DNA of 64,000 nt from Azolla caroliniana (GCA_043228905.1 JBHGNT010000014.1:7688001-7752000); one strand, 5' to 3'; counted from the first letter of the stretch, positions 48,824 to 62,745 are shown. Numbers and translations are program-made. Notes: a model not told the origin generated them from the letters alone.

Positions 48824-51800
48824 TCGAGGATTGGGTGGGGACCCTATCTATCTCGATGAAGACCTCACCAAGATGCAAATTTAGCATCGCAAGAATTGTA
48901 TGCCAAAGGTTATGCAAGCTCGTAAAGACGGGCATCGCGCCTTTTATCGAGATGGGCAAGTGATCATAAATGATCGCACTACTAATTGACGGCGTGTGGC
49001 CCATGTGACAGAAAACACACTTAGGATGACCTTATGGAATTGTAACGGCGCACTCTGGGCACACCCCGGCCGCCTAGAGGGGATATTAAAGGAATCAGAT
49101 ATAGTTTGCCTAGTAGAAACACACCAAAGCCCAAATAGGGGACTCCCACGAGTCGAAGGATTTCGTTGGGAGTCGGCTTTTAGACAAACTTCACGTTGAT
49201 GCACTACCAGGGGATCTGGAGGTGTCGCAATATTGTTTCGGAGGGAGCTACATAATAGGATAGAAATACTGAGCACAGACCCAGAATCTCGTTTTATGTG
49301 GGTGAAAGTCTCCACAAGCAAGGACAAGGCAGTGTTTTTCGCCATTTGTTTGTTACTTTCCCCCGAAAGGCTCTCGTTATAATCTGGCTAGCGAGGCAAG
49401 ATTAGTTGATGACGGAGTGCCACATGGGCCTTCCCCATATGAACCTCTATCGGATGACATAATCCAATATTCTTCCCAAGGAGAAGTATTCCTTGTAGGA
49501 GACTTTAATGCGAGAACCCAATCCCGACAATGCACAATATTTCAAATGAATAGAAACCTAGAAATGGTAAATGTCGATCCTTTAAACATAGACACCACAC
49601 GTAGATCAAAGGATCAAGGTGCGGACGCCACGAGCTTTGGCCATCATTTGCTCAAACTCAGCAGTCGGCACCAGATGGTCATATATAATGGTTTAGCCAA
49701 GTGGCCAGGTTCGGAAGAGCTCACATGTTTCCCACATGGAGGAGGGGAAAGCACAGTCGATTATCTAATAAGACGCCCTGAAGCTACCCACATGATTAAC
49801 TCCTTCCGAGTGGCCCCATGTCCTATTGGCGCGGACCATAGTTTCTTATACTTCGAGCTAAAATGAGCTCTCTGACATATATGCTCAACATGTTCAAGCC
49901 CATCTCTCCTCCCTTGATCCCTCCCTACCTTTAGAGAGCCTTAGTACAAAACTCACACACATCCTTCACTCTGCAGCAGTTAGCAGTTTCCCATACACGA
50001 AACACTCCAATCAAGGTAAAGTAGGATCTATGCTACAAAATAGATGGTATGATGAGGATTATAGGTGCTTACATAGACAACTTACAATATCACAACTCAG
50101 TGGTAGTATTACCTCAGTACAAACTCGTAAAGAAATGCGCAAGATGACACGTCGTAAGAGACGAGCATGGGAGGCATCCCAATATTGGGAGCTCTACCAT
50201 ATGCTCATGAGTAGCGATTGTGCCACTACATGGAAGAGATTACGGGAACCAAGACCACAAACACCCATCGAAGATCCCGAAACTTGGCACACTTATACAT
50301 AGAGACTTTACCAAATCCCAAACCAACCACCCATTCCAATGCCTTCTACACCCCGACCTACTGTGGGGACACTCTTCACGACCTCTAGGGTCACGAAGGT
50401 CATAAAGAAATTACAACATAGGAAGTCCATGAACCACACAGGATTGCGAGCAGAACACATCATATATGCGAGAGAGTGCCTAGCTCCCTTGCTAACTCTA
50501 ATCTTCAATCGTACCCTCACATAGGGTTTTCCACCACAATGGACCATGAACACAGTGGCCCCCATACATAAAGGGGGAGACCCCATGGACCCAAATACTT
50601 ATAGGACCATTATGATAGGTCATACCCTTGCTAAATTATATGGTGCAGTAATGGAGGCAGAGCTTAGCGAGTATATGGAGACCTTAAATCTTCGTGCACC
50701 TGAACAGGTTGGCTTTAGACAAGCCTTCTCCACTATTGATCATATCTTCACACTTAGATGCTTAATTGACCAAACTAAGGCTCGTAAGAAGAAACTATAT
50801 TGTTGTTTTGTGGAATTCCGCAAAGCCTTTGACACGGTCCCTAGAGAGCGGTTGTTTGATAGGCTTAAGAGCTTGAGGATACCAAATGACATGGTTTGGA
50901 CCATCTACACACTATATGAACAAGTGTCCGGGTGTGTTCGATGCCCAGGCGGCATATCCGATAGTTTCACTAGCACTATTGGTGTAAAACAAGGTTGCCC
51001 CTTATATCCGACTCTTTTTGGGATCTACATTGATGAGATCACAGATTTTATTGCTCGTAAGGGAGGAAATGGAGTAGTCCTTGGGGATACGCAAGTGCGT
51101 ATCTTGCTCTATGCAGACGACATAGTTTGGCTCTTTGAATCCGAACACGACCTACAAAGGCACCTTAATGCCTTAGATGACTTTTGCACACAACGAGGAT
51201 TGGTAGTGAATCTAGTGAAAACTAAAGTCTTTATCTTCCACACGTCGGCCCAAGTTAGAGCTAAGTGTCACCTAACTATCTCCCATAGCCTAGTTCAGAT
51301 GGTTGGATCATATGTCTATCTCGGAGTCACTTTCAGTGCCCGCTTAGGTAAATTTTCAATGAAACAAGCAGCGAAGGATAGACTTACAAGAGGACATGCA
51401 TCCCTCTCACTCCTCGAGAGACAATGCCACCAAGCATACTTCCAAGAGCCACGAACTAAAGGGTGGCTCTTTGACTCATTAGTGACTCCCTCTCTCATGT
51501 ATGCATCAACGGTTTGGGCTCCAAGACTACCATCTTTCATGTGGACGCAATAAGAGAGACCATTGGTGATGATGTTATCACGCCAACTCCGAATCAAATT
51601 GTCGGTCCCACATGACATTTTTATGGCTGAGTTCACTCTACCCCCTGTGTTAGTAGAAGCACTTTTTCAACTTGTAGTCTTTATCCACAGGATACATAAC
51701 CAACCACTTGATAGAATATCCCACCAAGCCTTTAAGGCTTCTCGAGCATTGTATGAGTCCGGCTATACTAGCTCATGGTATGGCATGATGGTGAGTTGGC

Positions 51801-52855
51801 TTCTTGGCAACGGTCTAGACATTAATAACCTCCCCCCCCCCCCCCCCTTACGTACAACCACACGACTGATAACACTTTAATCTCTCATGAGGACCGTAAT
51901 AAAGTAATACGCCAAGAAATATGGCAAATTTATACTCGGTATAAATGGATCACCCCACTAGAGCCACTCCCATCTAAAATGTCGTACTATAAGGAACACT
52001 TTATGCACTTCTCTGAGTTAGGTTTTATCACGCGCCCAAAATATCTAGATGTATTCTTACCACATGCACTAAGGGTTGCCATTGGTCAACTTAGAATATC
52101 ATCTCACCAACTTGAGATTGAGAATGGACGTACTAATGGAGTCCCTAGGGAGGAAAGGATATGTAGGTTATGCCACATAGAGATAGAGGATGAGTACCAT
52201 TTTACATGCAAATGCCCCACCTATGCCGAGATAAGGGCAAAATACCAAGACATACTTGGTTCCTCTCCCACCCTCCCTAAACTATTAGATACACTAGATG
52301 TAAAGAAATTAGGTAGATACATCTTAGAATTGAAACAACACAGAGAGAATAAGTTACAAAATGTTGATAATAATGTTGCTAATGTTTACCAACATGTAAC
52401 AAATGAAGTTTTTCAGGAGCAAGGGGAGACAATGAATGTCGACACACTTGCATCACTCGGGCTTTTCCTTGATGAAGCAGAAAATCAAAGAAGAACCAAA
52501 CGCCTTTGGATGCTGGGTTTCAAAGCAACTCGACTAGATGGAGAAGCAATAAAGAAAATAAGGGAACGTGAACTACACCGCCTAGAAGCCATGGCTAGGG
52601 CACTCTATGCATTGGGACCATGGGTCACACCCACACCAAAAACTTTTGACCTCCCACTTCTTTTTGAGAGACTTGGGTGGAAATGAGATTAGGCTTAGTG
52701 CAAAGTTTTGTACACTACTAGAACTTTCTTAGCTTAAGCTATTTTCTTTTATTTTAGTTTTGATGATTGGATAAACACTCATTTTTGTTGTAACCCAATT
52801 GTCTCATGGGCCAAATTTGGCCTTAGAAGACGTTAATATATCTTTCTTTCTTCTT

Positions 52856-52860
<5 letters not shown>
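48824..52860 (+). mobile_element. 5'-truncated LINE (RTE/RTEX-like): ORF1 C-terminus plus ORF2 (endonuclease-RT-zinc finger), degenerate
   Basis: ORF1 CTD-like IYLDEDLT...ARKDGHRAFYRDGQVII (~48845-48990); endonuclease WNCNG, CLVETH, GDFNA, STVDY, ADH; RT EQVGFR, KAFDTV, GVKQGCP, YADD; C-terminal ERICRLC..EDEYHF..KCP. (CT)n on both sides. Confidence 0.9.
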
Positions 52861-52900
<40 letters not shown>

Positions 52901-52919
52901 AAATATGTAATGACTTTCA

Positions 52920-53950
52920 TTACGAAAGAAAAAAACACCACCATGACTAACTTACTTAACTTACTACAAAGTATAGAACCCCTTGTATCTAGGGATCTAA
53001 AGACTACTACGATTCCAAACTCAATGCCACCCTACACACCAATTCAAATGGCAAATATGATGATATGTGACCTTGCAGAGTTCTCTCTTCTTCATGGTTC
53101 ACAATTCGTGACTTCTCTACCACTGCCAATTACCACAAAAGAAGTCCTTTTAACTTTAGAAAATATTTTCTCACCCCAACTTGCGAATCAAAAGTGAAGG
53201 AATTCCGCATATTCCAATTGAACCATAGCCCCCAATACCTCAAGAACTCAAAAATCATTTGAAAATGAGGCATTGGTTCATTGTTTTCCATATGTGCAAA
53301 AACCCAATTGAAGGAAGATAGGCTTACTCCAGTTAGAGACATCCACACTAAACTGATACACCTCCAAACCATCATTGCCATCGGGCATGAAATAAATCAA
53401 TGCCTACTATGTTCCAATTCCACCGAACAAAAGAAACATGATCCTTTAATAATGTTTCTTTTTTAAAATGCATCCGCCAATGGTAAAGCTCCAACCATAA
53501 CTCTCCAAATAAATACCTTGGCTCGTAGCATCAATCGAGAACACCAACCTGCATTGATCACATGAAGCCACCAAGTAATGGGCTTATGAAAACCCCATAT
53601 CTTTATAACCCTTTCTTCCAACCACTTATGTTTGTCAATCAAATTGTGATAAGCAACATTTGTTGAGATCATAGTCAAACTCTTATTTCCAACAAACCTC
53701 CAATCAAGCTCTTGAGATCGCCCATCTAAATTAGGATTCGGCTCATACGAAGATAGTATTTGTTGCAACTTATCCCAAATAAAGGTATAATTTTTTGGAA
53801 TACGAAATGCTTATCTTATTGTTTGAAAGACCATTAATCTTCTTTTGTGACACCAACATACCATCCTTAATTGTTACCAAACCCAATCTAGCCATCGATT
53901 AAATTGAAGGTTAAGAATTTGTTTACCTTCCCACCTCAACAACCTTGATG
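52920..53950 (-). mobile_element. 3' fragment of an L1-type LINE (zf-RVT region)
   Basis: AKVFIWRVMVGALPL...CFFC...EHSRH.FISCP...VW and LWFNWNMRN motifs. Confidence 0.75.
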
Positions 53951-56900
53951 TCGCCAAAACTGTCGAATACGAGTGTATAATGGCCGTATTCACACTGTCC
54001 CTTTGGACAACCCAAGTTCGGGCTATTTCTGTAAATAGCATAAAGGGCAGTTGCCCTAGGATAGTCACTATATAAAGTGACTTTGTAACCTTTAGTGAAG
54101 GTTGGTTGTCATTTTATAATAGTTGCTATTTGGAATATAACGTTTCCTTTGTGCCTCTCTCTCTCTCACCCTCTGTGTCTATCTTGCTCATGCATACATA
54201 GGTTCTTCTTCATCACGAATGTTGCTTGCACTTCCGCATTGATGGCCTTGTCCCCAACATTTGGTATCAGAGCGTTGGAGGTTCTTCAACCCGCTGCCGG
54301 CCTTCATCGCACAACACAACATTCTGTTTTCGTTTTCTTTGAAGAACAAAGAAGGGAGAAAAAAAACATAAAGCTCGCATCTCACTGTGTTAAATCACAA
54401 ATTGGAGTAAGCCAGTCAGTTGTACTCTGTTCCTGTTATTGTAACTGCTTGAGGGGAGCTCCTTGAGCAACAACCGACCCAATCGTGCTTCATTCGGTTA
54501 AACAACATCCGAATAGGTCACCGGACACGCTGCAGATTGGTCTCCTGGCAACAACCACTTCGTGCTTCACTCGGCTGATCGACATTTGGGAGGATCAGTT
54601 GGATCCATCCCTCTCATCGATGTAGTCATCCGAAGCAGAATCGGCCCAAACAATCGGTTTCGTGTAATCGGTATTCGGCATACAATCGGAAGCTAACCGG
54701 GCTCACTCCGACTCGACAACATTTGGGAAGACTAGCTGGTTCTGTCCCTCAAGTTACCGGAGTCACTCCGAGCAGGTTCAACAACAAGTATTCGAAACCA
54801 AACTGATTCGGGTTCAAAACCGACTAGAACGATATCGGGTGAGCCGACTGGCTGCACCCCACTAAGATTCGTAGTCAACTTCGAACCGAGTCTTACCAGC
54901 CGAAACAGAAGCAGATGGCATCAACATCCGGCTCATCGGAGATGAGTCTAAGGAGGTTCGATGGTTCCAATTTCAACTTCTAGAAGGAACAAATGCAGGA
55001 CTATCTCATAATCAAGGGTAAGATAGACCCGATTGAGAATGAAAATCCTCTAGAAGCATACAAGGCAAACGAGTGGCACGATTTGGATGCACTTGTCGGA
55101 GTCAGTGTACTTCATAGTGCAATCATGCACGACAACATTTGAACTTTGGAAAACACTGTCGGAAACTTATGAAACGAAGGTTGCCGCAACGAAGATGTAT
55201 CTGATCCGGTGCCTCTACAACTTGCGGATGAAAGAATCTGATTCGGTTCAGGCACACCTTAACGAGTACGAAAGAATAAGCTCCCAAATCTCGTCTCAGG
55301 GGACGACAATCGAGGATGAACTCAGAGCAATGATACTCATGAGTAGTCTCCCCTCCTCATGGGAAACTTTTGTTACAACCGTGTGCAATGCTTCAATAGC
55401 TGTCATTAAGTACTCCGAAGTCACGAGCGCAATCTTGACTGAAGCAGCTCAGAGAAAGTCTTTCGCCAAAGACTCGGCAGATGAAGCTTACGTAGTACAA
55501 GGTTCGACCGACCTATCGAACAATCGGGGAAGAAGTTCTTCCCGACCGCCGAACAATCAGCGAAGCCGGAGCAAGTCCCGTGACAACCGAATCTGCAACT
55601 ACTGCAAGAAACCGGGACACATCAAAGCCGATTTTCGGGCACTCAAAGCAAAAACCAACAAAGCTCAGATAGCGGATTAGAAGAGTAGCCAGCATGAGGA
55701 GGTCAACTACGTCGGCTCTTCAGCCGAAATTTTGACAACCGACCCGAACATACTGTCCATAGAGAACCCAGTCGAATAAGAAGTTTTGATTACGACTGAG
55801 GAATCGAGCACATGACTCCTGGACTCGGGCGCATCGTATCATGTGACACCTCATCGATCTCAGTTTCGGCAATACTCGGACCGGCACTCCGACTTAGTTT
55901 GAGTCGGAAACTCGCAGCACTATGCTATAATCGGAATCGGCACCGTAGAGTTCAATCTTCCGGGAGGCTCCACACTCGTACTACACAACGTCCGACATGT
56001 TCCTGAGCTTTCAAGACCCTTGATCTCAGTCGAACAACTTGACGAAGCTAGCATCCGTGTCGGATTTTCATCAGGAGGGTGGACACTCCACAAAGGGAAC
56101 CTCCTGCTTGCTCGAGGACCAAAGGTACATTCCTTGTATCCCTTATATGTCACACTCAAAGAGGGTGACTTATTTTTGGTTGATATCCCCGTGTCATCGT
56201 TATGGCACGGACGACTTGGACACCTCAGCAAGGCCGACATAACACACCTATCCAGAGCCAGTTACATCCCCAAACTCTCCTTCTCGGATCACCAATTCTG
56301 CGAGCATTGCTAGTACGGCAAACAGGTAGCCACATCACACCTGACATCAGCACCAAGAGAATCGAGTCCCCTCGATTTGGTCCACTCGGACGTCTATGGC
56401 CCGATGCCACATCAGTCTCTCGGCGGTGCTTCATACTTCGTCAGTTTTATTGACGACTCGACTCGGAAGGTGTGGGCTTGTGGGTTTACCCCATCAGAAC
56501 CAAAGATCGGGTGTTCTCGATCTTCTCTGAATGGCTTGCAATGGTCGAAAATCAGACCGGTCAAAAACTAAAATGTCTCCGAACCGACAATGGAGGAGAA
56601 TTCAAATCTGAAGAATTCATTAAATTCTGCCGGGAACGCGGCATTCGATGTGAATATATGACACCCTATAGTCTAGACCAGAACGGAATTGCTGAACGCA
56701 TGAATCGGATGATTCAAGAACGCATAGTATCCATGCTCCAACACTCCAGACTATCGGATGGCTTCTGGGCGGAGGCTCTACTTACGGTAGTACACATAAT
56801 AAATATGTCCCCAAGTAGACCTCTAGGACTTCAAATACCTCAGGAAATATGGACCGGCAGTAAGCCGAATTATGACAAACTGAGGATCTTCGGTTGTGAG

Positions 56901-57992
56901 GCGTATGCTCTCATACCGAAAGACGACCGCCGGAAACTCGAACCAAGGTTAAGGAAATGTGTTTTTCTTGGGTATGGACCCGACGGCGAGATCGGATACC
57001 GACTCTGGGACCCCGAGCACAGACAAATCGTCCGAAGTTCAGACGTCGTGTTCAATGAGTCGACTATGCATAAAACGGCCGAAAGGCCTATTGAAGTCCG
57101 AAGGGTAATATTTTCCCAAGTGCCAACCCTTCATGACGACCCAATCCACAACACGAGATCGGTTTCACGGGTAACCGACAACTCTCGCACCAAATCCACC
57201 GATTCGGCACAACCGAATGGCTCGGCTCCCGACCATCCGACATTCACACCCGGTGCGACTAGTCCATTCATACCTCGCAAATCCGGGAGACTGTCGCAAC
57301 TGTAGCAAAACAGTGCTCGGCCACAACCGAGGAATAGGATCAACTCACAGAAAACGGGAAATACAAAGTGCACGAGAACAATAGAGAGAAAGGTACACTG
57401 GATATTTTACGTGGAAAACCCTAAATGGGAAAAACCACGGGAGTTCTCAAACTCCAACTATCACTATGAACAGGGATATACACTGGTGAAGCTGCAAGGC
57501 AACAACCTTGAGCTCACTGTCTTCGCCACAGGCGGCGGTAATACACAGAGGCAACTACCTCTTCGTCCTCTCTCTCTCTCTCACTCTCTCTCGGCTGCTC
57601 CCTCACTTTGCATAACATGAGCAACAACAACAAACTGTTTGCCCTAAGTCATATTTATACACATATGACTTTCGGGCTATTTACAAATATAGCCTCAAGG
57701 GCCCTTGGCAAACCTATTCACAAATATGTCCCCGCAACCGGATCTCTCTCCGAGTACATACGTCATCCGGCTCCGTAACCGGGGTCTTCAGCATCCGGCT
57801 CCGTAACCGGGGTCTTCATCATCCGGCTCCATAACCGGGGTCTTCATCATCCGGATCCGTAGCCGGGTACTCTTCATCCGGCTTCATGCCGGGTACTCTT
57901 CATCACCCGGTTCCGTAACGGCCTCCGGGCTTGCCGTCATTCATCTCCGGACATCCCATCCGGAGGGACCGAAATCCCAACAAACTCCCCCT

Positions 57993-60900
57993 TCACTTCG
58001 GCATGGGATGTCTCTCCAACCCGATCCTCTTCCGGCAAGCTTCCAGCTTGTCGGGTGTGAGCACCTTGGTCAGCATATCCGACCCGTTCTCGTCCGTGTG
58101 GATCTTCGTCAGCACGAACTCCTTGTCTTCTATCCTTTCCCGGATCCAGTGGTATCTACGCTGGATGTGTTTCGTCCGGGAATGGTAGGCCGCGTTCTTT
58201 GCAAGGTGGATGGCACTCTGACTATCGCAGTAGAGTCGGTACTCCTCCTGCCGGATACCGAGCTCTCTAATGAAGTCCTTCATCCATATTATTTCCTTGC
58301 CGGCTTCAACAGCCGCCATGTACTCCGCCTCCGTGGTTGATAACGCAACCGTCTTCTGCAGCCTCGACTGCCATGAAACAGCTCCCCCTGCATACGTCAT
58401 CACATACCCTGATGTGGACCGGCTGGTATCTGCATCAGCCGACATATCCGAATCGGTAAAGCCGTCGAGTTCAGGCTTACCGGAGCCGAATCGGAGGCAC
58501 ACGTTTGCCGTGCCCTTCAGGTATCGGAGTATCCACTTGACCGCGTTCCAATGCTCTTTGTCGGGATTGCTCATGTACCGGCTCACCACTCCGACTGCAT
58601 ATCCTATGTCCGGTCTCGTACACACCATGGCGTACATCAAGCTCCCGACGGCTGAGGCATACGGCACTTTCATCATATCCTCCTTTTCAGCCTTTGTCTT
58701 GGGACTTTGCTTGTTGGACAGCTTGCAGTTTGCCGGGAGGGTCGATCCGACCGGCCTTGCTTCCGACATGTTGAACCGTTTAAGCACCTTTGTCACGTAC
58801 TTCTCCTGTGACAGCCACAACTGCTTCTTGCTCCGGTCCCGGATGATGTGCATCCCTAGTATTTGTCTCGCCGGACCCAAGTCCTTCATTGAGAAGGTTC
58901 GGTGAAGAGCCTTCTTCAGCATCCGTATCTTGACCTGGTCCCGTCCGACGATCAACATGTCGTCCACGTACAGGAGGAGTATTAGAAAGTCTCCTCCTTC
59001 GAACTTCTTCACAAACACGCAGTGGTCGGACTGCGTTTTGAGGTACCCTTCGTCGGTCATGAAGGAGTCGAACTTCCGGTACCATTGCCGGGGAGCCTGC
59101 TTCAGTCCGTACAGGCTCTTCTTCAACCGGCATACCAGGTGCTCCTTCCCTTTCTTCTCGAATCCTTCCGGTTGCTGCATGTAGATCTCTTCTTCGAGGT
59201 CACCGTGAAGGAATGCCGTCTTCACGTCCATCTGTTCTACCTCGAGGTCCATGCTTGCCGCTATGCTCAGCACCGTCCGGATGGAGGTCATCTTCACTAC
59301 CGGGGCAAATATCTCGTCGAAGTCGACGCCCTTCTTCTGCTGAAACCCCTTCACCACGATCCTGGCTTTGTATCTCGGGGGGTTTCCGGCATCTCCCGGT
59401 TTCAGCTTGAACACCCACTTGTTTCGAAGTGCCCGTTTTCCTTTTGGCAACTCCACAAGTTCATATGTGTGGTTCTCATGCAGGGAATCCATCTCGTCCT
59501 GCATGGCACTCAACCACCTGCGGCTCTGGGTGTCATGCTTTGCTTCTTCAAAGCTCTCCGGCTCCCCCTCGTCGGTTAGCAGCACGTGCTCTGGTTCCGG
59601 AAATCTCCGGGGGGCCCTTCTCTCTCTTAGAGGATATCCCCGTTCCGGAGCTTCGGTAACCGGTTCTTCCGATTCTTCTTCATCCGAATCCATTTCGGGA
59701 TCGAGGCCGGTTCCGGTATCATTTTCATCTTCTTCGGCCGGTTCTGTTTCTTCACCGTCTTCGGCCGGATCCTCGAGTGCTAACCGGTCCCTTGCCGGTC
59801 GGGACTGCTCCTCGTAGAGTTGATCCTCACCGGTCGACTTGGAGCTCTTCATCTTCTTCTCCGATTCCCAGTCGGCGAGTGTCTTGTCCTCCATGAAGAT
59901 GATGTCTCGACTTCTGAATATCTTCTTGTCGACCGGGTCCCATACTCGGTAGCCGAACTCGTCGTCGCCGTAACCGAGGAATATGCATGGCCGGGTCTTT
60001 GGATCTAGCTTTCCTCTCCGGTCCTTTGCCACATGCACGTATGCGAGACACCCGAACACCTTCAGATGCCGGTAAGATACTTCCCTACCGGTCCACACTC
60101 TTTGCGGCGTGTCTCCGTCCAAAGGTACTGAGGGTGATCTGTTTATCACGTATGTCGCCGTCGACATCGCCTCAGCCCAAAACCCCTTGGGTAATTCAGC
60201 ATGCGCCAGCATACTCCGGACCCTCTCCATTATGGTCCGGTTCATCCTCTCGGCCAGCCCGTTCAGTTCCGGCGTCTTCGGCACAGTAAACTCGAGCCGG
60301 ATTCCCTTCGAGCGACAGTACTCCGCGAACTGCCCCCGGTATTCCCCTCCGTTATCCGCTCGTATCGCTTTCAGCTTCTTGCCGGATTCTCTTTCCACTC
60401 TCGCGTGGAGTTCTTTGAAGACGGACAACACTTGGTCCTTTGTCTTCAACGGTGCCATCCACAGCTTCCGGCTGTGATCATCAATGAATGTTACGAAGTA
60501 CTGGGCTCCGCCATGTGACTTCGTTTCTACCTGACACACATCAGTGTGTACCAACTCCAATGGTACACTACGTCTCGTCGGTGGCCTTGAGTGGAAGGAG
60601 GCTCGGTTCTGCTTACCGGCCAGGCAATCGGTGCACTTCTCCAGGTGCACGTGCTTCACTGGAATAAGGTTGTCTTCTGCAAGCCTCTTCATCCCCTTCT
60701 CACTCATGTGGCACAGTCTCTTGTGCCACAGCTCACCGGCAGTGTCGGCTGCCACGTTCAGCTCCTCCGGACATAGCCGGGAATTCATCAGGTACAGTGT
60801 GTTGACCTTCCGGGCCCGAGCCACTATCAGGCTCCCCTTGCTGAACTTCATGACACCGTTCCGGATGCTACCCGTGTAGCCTTCATCATCTAGCCTCCCG

Positions 60901-62066
60901 GCCGAGATCAGGTTCAATCGGACCTCCGGAACGTGTCGAACATCCTTCAGCAGCATCTTGCATCCGGTTGATGTCATCAGCCACACGTCTCCTATGCCGG
61001 CAATCCGGCATGTACCTTCATTTCCCATCCGGACACAGCCGTGCTCACCAGCTGTGTAGGATGAGAAGTATTTCTTCTCTGGGGTCAGGTGGAACGATGC
61101 TCCGGAATCGACCACCCAGGTCATCTCTTCACCGGCAAGGTTCAGCTCCCTCTCTTCGGTAATGAGCATTATCTCTTCTTCACTTGCCGCGAGTGCCGTC
61201 GTTCCTTTCCGATCCTGCCCTCGCCGATCCGGACCTCTCCGGTCCGTGGCTCCCCGGTATGCGCCGTTTCGCTCCGGTGACATCTTCGAATCGGTGTCGC
61301 CGGCTCCGTTGTCCTTTCGGTAATGCCGACAATTCTTCCGGAAGTGCCCCGGCTTCCCACAGTGGAAGCATGTGGGCCTTCCTCTTGACTGCGACCGGGT
61401 CCCCGACTTCTCCCGTCTTTGCGGACTCCGGTTCCATTGTCTTCCCCGATCCGATTCGGTAAGCAGCATCTTCGGATCGGAAACCGGTTCTTTATCTCTC
61501 CGACGCGCTTCTTCGTTCAAAATACTTGTCTTTACCGTTTGTAAGGACAAGTTATCTTCGGTGCAGGAGGTGCTGAGAGTCACCACCAAGTTCTCCCAGC
61601 TTTCCGGCAATGTACACATCAAAATGATGGCTTGCATTGCATCCTCCAACGGGAACTTGATCGCCGCAAGCTGGTTCACGAATCCCATGAACGTGCTCAC
61701 GTGTTCCACCATATTCTCGCCGTCCCGGTACTTGAGGTTCACTATCTTCCTCATCAGGGAGGTCCGGTTCAACGCATTCTTCCTCTCGTAGAGGCCCGAC
61801 AGCTTCTTCCACATCTCATATGCGTTGGTGTCGTTCGCCACATGTTGCAGGACGCTTACATCGACATATTGCCGAATCGTCGCTACGGCTTTCCGGTTCA
61901 GGAGCTTCCACTCCGACTCTATTACTCCCTTGGGTATCTCGGCATTGTCGATCGGTTCGTACAGGTCTCGGACGATGAGAAGGTCTTCCATCTTTATCTT
62001 CCAGTCGGCGTAGTTCTGTGAGTTCAACACCATCATGCCCGGAGGCCCACTACCGCCGCCTTCCAT
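57993..62066 (-). CDS. Copia gag-pol polyprotein (1357 aa from the ATG at 62066)
   Basis: Uninterrupted ORF: CFHCGKPGHFRKNC, WVVDSGASFH, WHKRLCHMS, HTDVC/ADNGGEY/AERMNRT, YVDD, STTEAEY, CDSQSA. Confidence 0.97.
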   Translation of the reverse strand: MEGGGSGPPGMMVLNSQNYADWKIKMEDLLIVRDLYEPIDNAEIPKGVIESEWKLLNRKAVATIRQYVDVSVLQHVANDTNAYEMWKKLSGLYERKNALNRTSLMRKIVNLKYRDGENMVEHVSTFMGFVNQLAAIKFPLEDAMQAIILMCTLPESWENLVVTLSTSCTEDNLSLQTVKTSILNEEARRRDKEPVSDPKMLLTESDRGRQWNRSPQRREKSGTRSQSRGRPTCFHCGKPGHFRKNCRHYRKDNGAGDTDSKMSPERNGAYRGATDRRGPDRRGQDRKGTTALAASEEEIMLITEERELNLAGEEMTWVVDSGASFHLTPEKKYFSSYTAGEHGCVRMGNEGTCRIAGIGDVWLMTSTGCKMLLKDVRHVPEVRLNLISAGRLDDEGYTGSIRNGVMKFSKGSLIVARARKVNTLYLMNSRLCPEELNVAADTAGELWHKRLCHMSEKGMKRLAEDNLIPVKHVHLEKCTDCLAGKQNRASFHSRPPTRRSVPLELVHTDVCQVETKSHGGAQYFVTFIDDHSRKLWMAPLKTKDQVLSVFKELHARVERESGKKLKAIRADNGGEYRGQFAEYCRSKGIRLEFTVPKTPELNGLAERMNRTIMERVRSMLAHAELPKGFWAEAMSTATYVINRSPSVPLDGDTPQRVWTGREVSYRHLKVFGCLAYVHVAKDRRGKLDPKTRPCIFLGYGDDEFGYRVWDPVDKKIFRSRDIIFMEDKTLADWESEKKMKSSKSTGEDQLYEEQSRPARDRLALEDPAEDGEETEPAEEDENDTGTGLDPEMDSDEEESEEPVTEAPERGYPLRERRAPRRFPEPEHVLLTDEGEPESFEEAKHDTQSRRWLSAMQDEMDSLHENHTYELVELPKGKRALRNKWVFKLKPGDAGNPPRYKARIVVKGFQQKKGVDFDEIFAPVVKMTSIRTVLSIAASMDLEVEQMDVKTAFLHGDLEEEIYMQQPEGFEKKGKEHLVCRLKKSLYGLKQAPRQWYRKFDSFMTDEGYLKTQSDHCVFVKKFEGGDFLILLLYVDDMLIVGRDQVKIRMLKKALHRTFSMKDLGPARQILGMHIIRDRSKKQLWLSQEKYVTKVLKRFNMSEARPVGSTLPANCKLSNKQSPKTKAEKEDMMKVPYASAVGSLMYAMVCTRPDIGYAVGVVSRYMSNPDKEHWNAVKWILRYLKGTANVCLRFGSGKPELDGFTDSDMSADADTSRSTSGYVMTYAGGAVSWQSRLQKTVALSTTEAEYMAAVEAGKEIIWMKDFIRELGIRQEEYRLYCDSQSAIHLAKNAAYHSRTKHIQRRYHWIRERIEDKEFVLTKIHTDENGSDMLTKVLTPDKLEACRKRIGLERHPMPK

Positions 62067-62560
62067 TTTCTGTGTTACCGTCGCTCTGATACCAATTTGT
62101 AGCAAAACAGTGCTCGGCCACAACCGAGGAATAGGATCAACTCACAGAAAACGGGAAATACAAAGTGCACGAGAACAATAGAGAGAAAGGTACACTGGAT
62201 ATTTTACGTGGAAAACCCTAAATGGGAAAAACCACGGGAGTTCTCAAACTCCAACTATCACTATGAACAGGGATATACACTGGTGAAGCTGCAAGGCAAC
62301 AACCTTGAGCTCACTGTCTTCGCCACAGGCGGCGGTAATACACAGAGGCAACTACCTCTTCGTCCTCTCTCTCTCTCTCACTCTCTCTCGGCTGCTCCCT
62401 CACTTCGCATAACATGAGCAACAACAACAAACTGTTTGCCCTAAGTCATATTTATACACATATGACTTTCGGGCTATTTACAAATATAGCCTCAAGGGCC
62501 CTTGGCAAACATATTCACAAATATGTCCCCGCAACCGGATCTCTCTCCGGGTACATACGT

Positions 62561-62745
62561 CATCCGGCTCCGTAACCGGGGTCTTCAGCATCCGGCTCCG
62601 TAACCGGGGTCTTCATCATCCGGCTCCATAACCGGGGTCTTCATCATCCGGCTCCATAACCGGGGTCTTCATCATCCGGATCCGTAGCCGGGTACTCTTC
62701 ATCCGGCTTCATGCCGGGTACTCTTCATCACCCGGTTCCGTAACG
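62561..62745. repeat. 28-bp tandem repeats in the LTR of F (4 core units here, 3 in the other LTR at ~57764-57920)
   Basis: Unit catccggctcc(g/a)taaccggggtcttca(g/t). Confidence 0.9.

Noticed and set aside
62067-62123. N-terminal 19 aa of the 1376-aa ORF call
   Set aside because: These lie in the LTR and PBS; the probable start is the ATG at 62066.
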